From Prionailurus viverrinus (taxonomy: Eukaryota): 64,000 nucleotides of DNA. Location of the stretch: positions 18,222,144-18,286,143 of the forward strand of contig NC_062576.1 of NCBI RefSeq assembly GCF_022837055.1. Reading direction: 5' to 3'. Position numbers and translations under genes: made by a program. Shown piece by piece: positions 60,631 through 64,000 of this stretch. Each line of letters begins with the position of its first letter. Position 1 is the stretch's first letter. Under the pieces are notes generated by a model. The model saw nothing but the letters and a program-made list of their open reading frames with translations, was not told the DNA's origin and made no database searches.

Positions 60631-60841
60631 CAGGGTACCTGGGTGGCGCAGTCGGTTAAGCGTCCGACTTCAGCCAGGTCACGATCTCGCGGTCCGTGAG
60701 TTCGAGCCCTGCGTCAGGCTCTGGGGTGATGGCTCAGAGCCTGGAGCCTGTTTCCGATTCTGTGTCTCCCTCTCTCTCTGCCCCTCCCCCGTTCATGCTC
60801 TGTCTCTCTCTGTCCCAAAAATAAATAAACGTTGAAAAAAC
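60631..60841 (+). mobile_element. Young CAN-SINE in KIF22 intron 1 with a 12-bp TSD (AAAGTTTTATCT at 60619-60630 and 60842-60853)
   Basis: CAGGGTACCTGGGTGGCGCAGTCGGTTAAGCGTCCGACTTCAGCCAGGTCACGATCTCGCGGTCCGTGAGTTCGAGCCCTGCGTCAGG...GTCCCAAAAATAAATAAACGTTGAAAAAA, with identical direct repeats at both ends. Confidence 0.9.
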
Positions 60842-62288
60842 AAAGTTTTATCTTGTGTTTTCTGATAAAAATATTTATAATCTCTCTTTTTTTTAATGAC
60901 TTAAATTTAATTATTGGAAGCAAACTAAACAGAAAGCTTACAACAGAGGAGGATTGCATGTTAATGCCTTTTGCAGACTGAGCTGGGGCAGAAAGGGACT
61001 GGGCTGCCTTTCAACCTCATCCCTTCCAAACAAAGGTGTCCATCCACAGTGTTACTTATTTTTTTAATGCAAACATTAGAGCATCACAGAACTGGGTAAC
61101 AAAAGAAACCCACATAAGCTCCATCAAGAGAAAACCATCAGTTTTGTGTATGTAACACACATGTACAGGTAAGTGTGTGTTGTAAACCTCAGGTGAGAAA
61201 TAGAAGCACAGAAGAGTCAGGCAGTTCATTGACTGGTTTTGGGAGGGGCAAATGTCAGCTCTTTTAATCCTTACAAGATGCTGGTCTACAACACCTTGGC
61301 AATCCAAAGCATGTCCTACCATCAGCATCCACACCATCTGGCAGTTTGTTACAAATGCAGAATCTCAGGCATCATTCCAGGGACGGAAGTGAAATCGGCA
61401 TTTTAACAAGAGCTTCCAGGTTACTTGTGTAAACATGACAATCTACTCCCCACTGGACTTATTTGTGGAGCAAGGAAAGAACTGGGCCAAGCTGGGGACA
61501 CCCACACTACAGCCAGGGTGGAAAGAGCTTCCCCGAAATGAGCTGTGGCCCCTGGCCCTCCCATGGTGTCCCCACGACCTTAGCCTCCAGTCCATCTTCC
61601 CTGCCCCTCTGTCAAGGTTATGTGGGTCTCTAGTCTACTTAAGATGCTGGGGTTTTGTTTTGTTTTCAGGCTGTGCTTACTCTTTCGAGGAGCAAAAAGA
61701 CAAAATGTAGGCTATGAAACAAGGTGCGACAGCCACAAGGCCCCAGGTGTAAAATACCGACGTGCTCAGAAGAGCTGCTGCACCTCCATAAGCCTCTTTG
61801 TTGGTAAAATGGCACTAAGAGGGGACACCACGGGAGACCATGAAAGATTAAAGTGGTGTACCTGACATGTAGCCAGTGCTTACTGTTAATGTTAATGTTA
61901 ATGCTAATGTTACTGTTAATGTTTGCTAAGTACATGATATGGTTTGCAACCCCTGACCTGTATGTAGGTAATCTCTGTCCTCCAACCCCCACCGTACTCC
62001 TCCTGAGACCATGTATCTGATTCATCTTTGTCTTCCATCCTGCCCTTCTCTGGTCATCCTCACTAACAGAACACAGAGTCCCGCCTCACCAGTTCTCCAG
62101 GGGGCCATGCTTTCACACCATCATGCTTTTGCATATGCCATTCCTTCTGCCTGGAATGCTGGGCAAGCTGCTATTCATCCGTCAGAGCTCAGCTCTATCA
62201 AGTAGCTCTTCCTGTAAGACTCCTACCGTTACCTCTCTGCAAAGCCGGCTCCTGCAACTTCTGTGCTACCACCATATTTCATGCCTAA

Positions 62289-62507
<219 letters not shown>

Positions 62508-63489
62508 TAAGGTTCAGGCCACTCTTCCCTCCTGTCCCTCTCCTCTCTCCTAGCTCATGTTATCACTTGCCCAGACAGTTTCTCAGACGTGCCTTTTTAG
62601 AATCTCCACCTTTCATAGCACAACTTTGTTCCCCACACCTTCGTTCGGGCTTTCAGAAATGTTCATAGGTGCCCACTTGTGACCAGTGTTCTGTAGGATA
62701 CTTGGGGAAAGACTGGCAGCTGAACCAGATTTATATTACTATTCACAGTCTCATGGGGGAAATAGGCACAAAGTGGGGAAGGAGTAGCAAGGGTGACCAG
62801 GGGAGCCCCAGCTAGGATCAGGGAGGTGTGGGAAGGGTGGGAGGAACATAGACCAGCCAGCCAGCCAGCCCAGGCTGCAGCTGGGTGTGACAGAAGCCAT
62901 CCGGATTTGGGGACAGAACTCACAAGGGCAGCTACCTTAAAACCCCACTGGAGGTGGAAAGTTGAGACTTTTCGGCCTCTCGTTCTAGGCTAGGGGGTGG
63001 CAAACTACAGCCTGCAGGTCAAATCTGACCAGGAATCTTTTTTTGTAATAAAAGCTTTATTGGAACAGAACCACACGTGTTCATTTGCATACGGTCCACG
63101 GCTGCTTTCTGACTATAATGACAGAGGTGAATAGCTGCAAAAGGAATCCTATGGCTCACCAAGCCTAAAATATTTATTAGCCGGCTCTTTACAGAAAAAG
63201 TTTGACAACCTCATTCTAGGCCCTTGGCAATTGGACTTATTTCTTACCAGCCTCATTCCCCCCAACACAGGCTACACTCCACTTAAAATACTAATCTCTG
63301 CTGTGGCCTCAGCCACGGCTTCTCTACCAGAGTATAGAGAGTAGACTGCAGGTGAGTGGAGTCTCTCCTAGTCAGAAGCAGCATCCTCTGCGCCATCGTG
63401 GTGTACCAATACTGCTTCCTATATACACTGTGTTGGGGGAAAGATCAGGAAGCCCTGCTCTTGCACACCATGCCTTCTCTGTGCTATTT

Positions 63490-63690
63490 TTTTTTTAAGT
63501 TTTGTTAATGTTTATTTATTTTGACAGAGAAAACACGAGCGGGGAAGGGGCAGAGAGAGGAGAGAGAATCCCAAGCAGGCTCCCTCGCTGTCTGTGAGAT
63601 CTCACGAACAGTGAAGATCATGACCTAAACCAAAATCAAGAGTTGGACACTTGACTGACTGAGCCACCCAGGCACCCCTGTGTGCTCTTT
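63490..63690 (-). mobile_element. CAN-SINE, antisense
   Basis: Poly-T...GAGAGAATCCCAAGCAGGCTCCCTCGCTGTCTGTGAGATCTCACGAACAGTGAAGATCATGACC...GACTGAGCCACCCAGGCACCCC. Confidence 0.85.
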
Positions 63691-64000
63691 TTGATACGTG
63701 GAATATCTTTCTCCTCTCTGTCTCTGGCAAAATCCTCTTTGCTCAAGCAGACTCACTTATTCTTTCTAGTGTGTCCTCCTCTTCGTTTCCTGAATCACAA
63801 CAAAGGATGGGTATCTTTCTATCCCACCAGACTACAGAACTCCCAAGATCAGGGCATCAGATTCATCTCTTTATTTCTAACACCAGTACAGAGACAGGGA
63901 CAGGACAGGTGTTCAGTGGGTGCTTTCTAAGGTCTTTATGCAAGAAAAGGGATAGAGACTCTTTTAAATCCGTGGCTAGTATTACCCTGTAAGTCTGGGT

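Overview
This window is mammalian nuclear DNA, not prokaryotic. The dominant interspersed repeat is the feliform tRNA-Lys-derived CAN-SINE (SINEC_Fc type), so the source is most likely Felis catus or a close felid. The SINE head is GGGGCGCCTGGGTGGCTCAGTCGGTTAAGCGTCCGACTTCGGCTCAGGTCATGATCTCACGG..., the tail is CTCTGTCTCAAAAATAAATAAACATTAAAAAA, and there are roughly 60 copies on both strands. MIR elements, a full-length but dead L1 and many microsatellites are also present. Gene content matches the human 16p11.2 order C16orf54 (-) / ZG16 (+) / KIF22 (+). An intact 224-aa C16orf54-like ORF lies at 1546-2220 (-). Two tandem ZG16 genes (jacalin-type secretory lectin) are on the + strand, about 26.5 kb apart. 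Each has a TATAAAAG promoter, a tiny non-coding first exon and three coding exons. The KIF22 5' end (CpG-island promoter plus coding exons 1 and 2) is at 55.7-62.5 kb. The two ZG16 genes sit in a mosaic segmental duplication (about 4380-21235 vs about 31720-47740), separated by a spacer holding a 6.7 kb L1 that has a 14-bp target-site duplication. The downstream ZG16 copy is intact but fast-diverging: its exons differ by about 9% with mostly non-synonymous changes clustered in the predicted glycan-binding loops, its introns differ by only 1-5%, and a new stop codon removes the C-terminal Cys pair. That is the most interesting candidate for something new in this window. There is no CRISPR array, rRNA gene or genuine tRNA gene; tRNA-like hits would be SINE heads.
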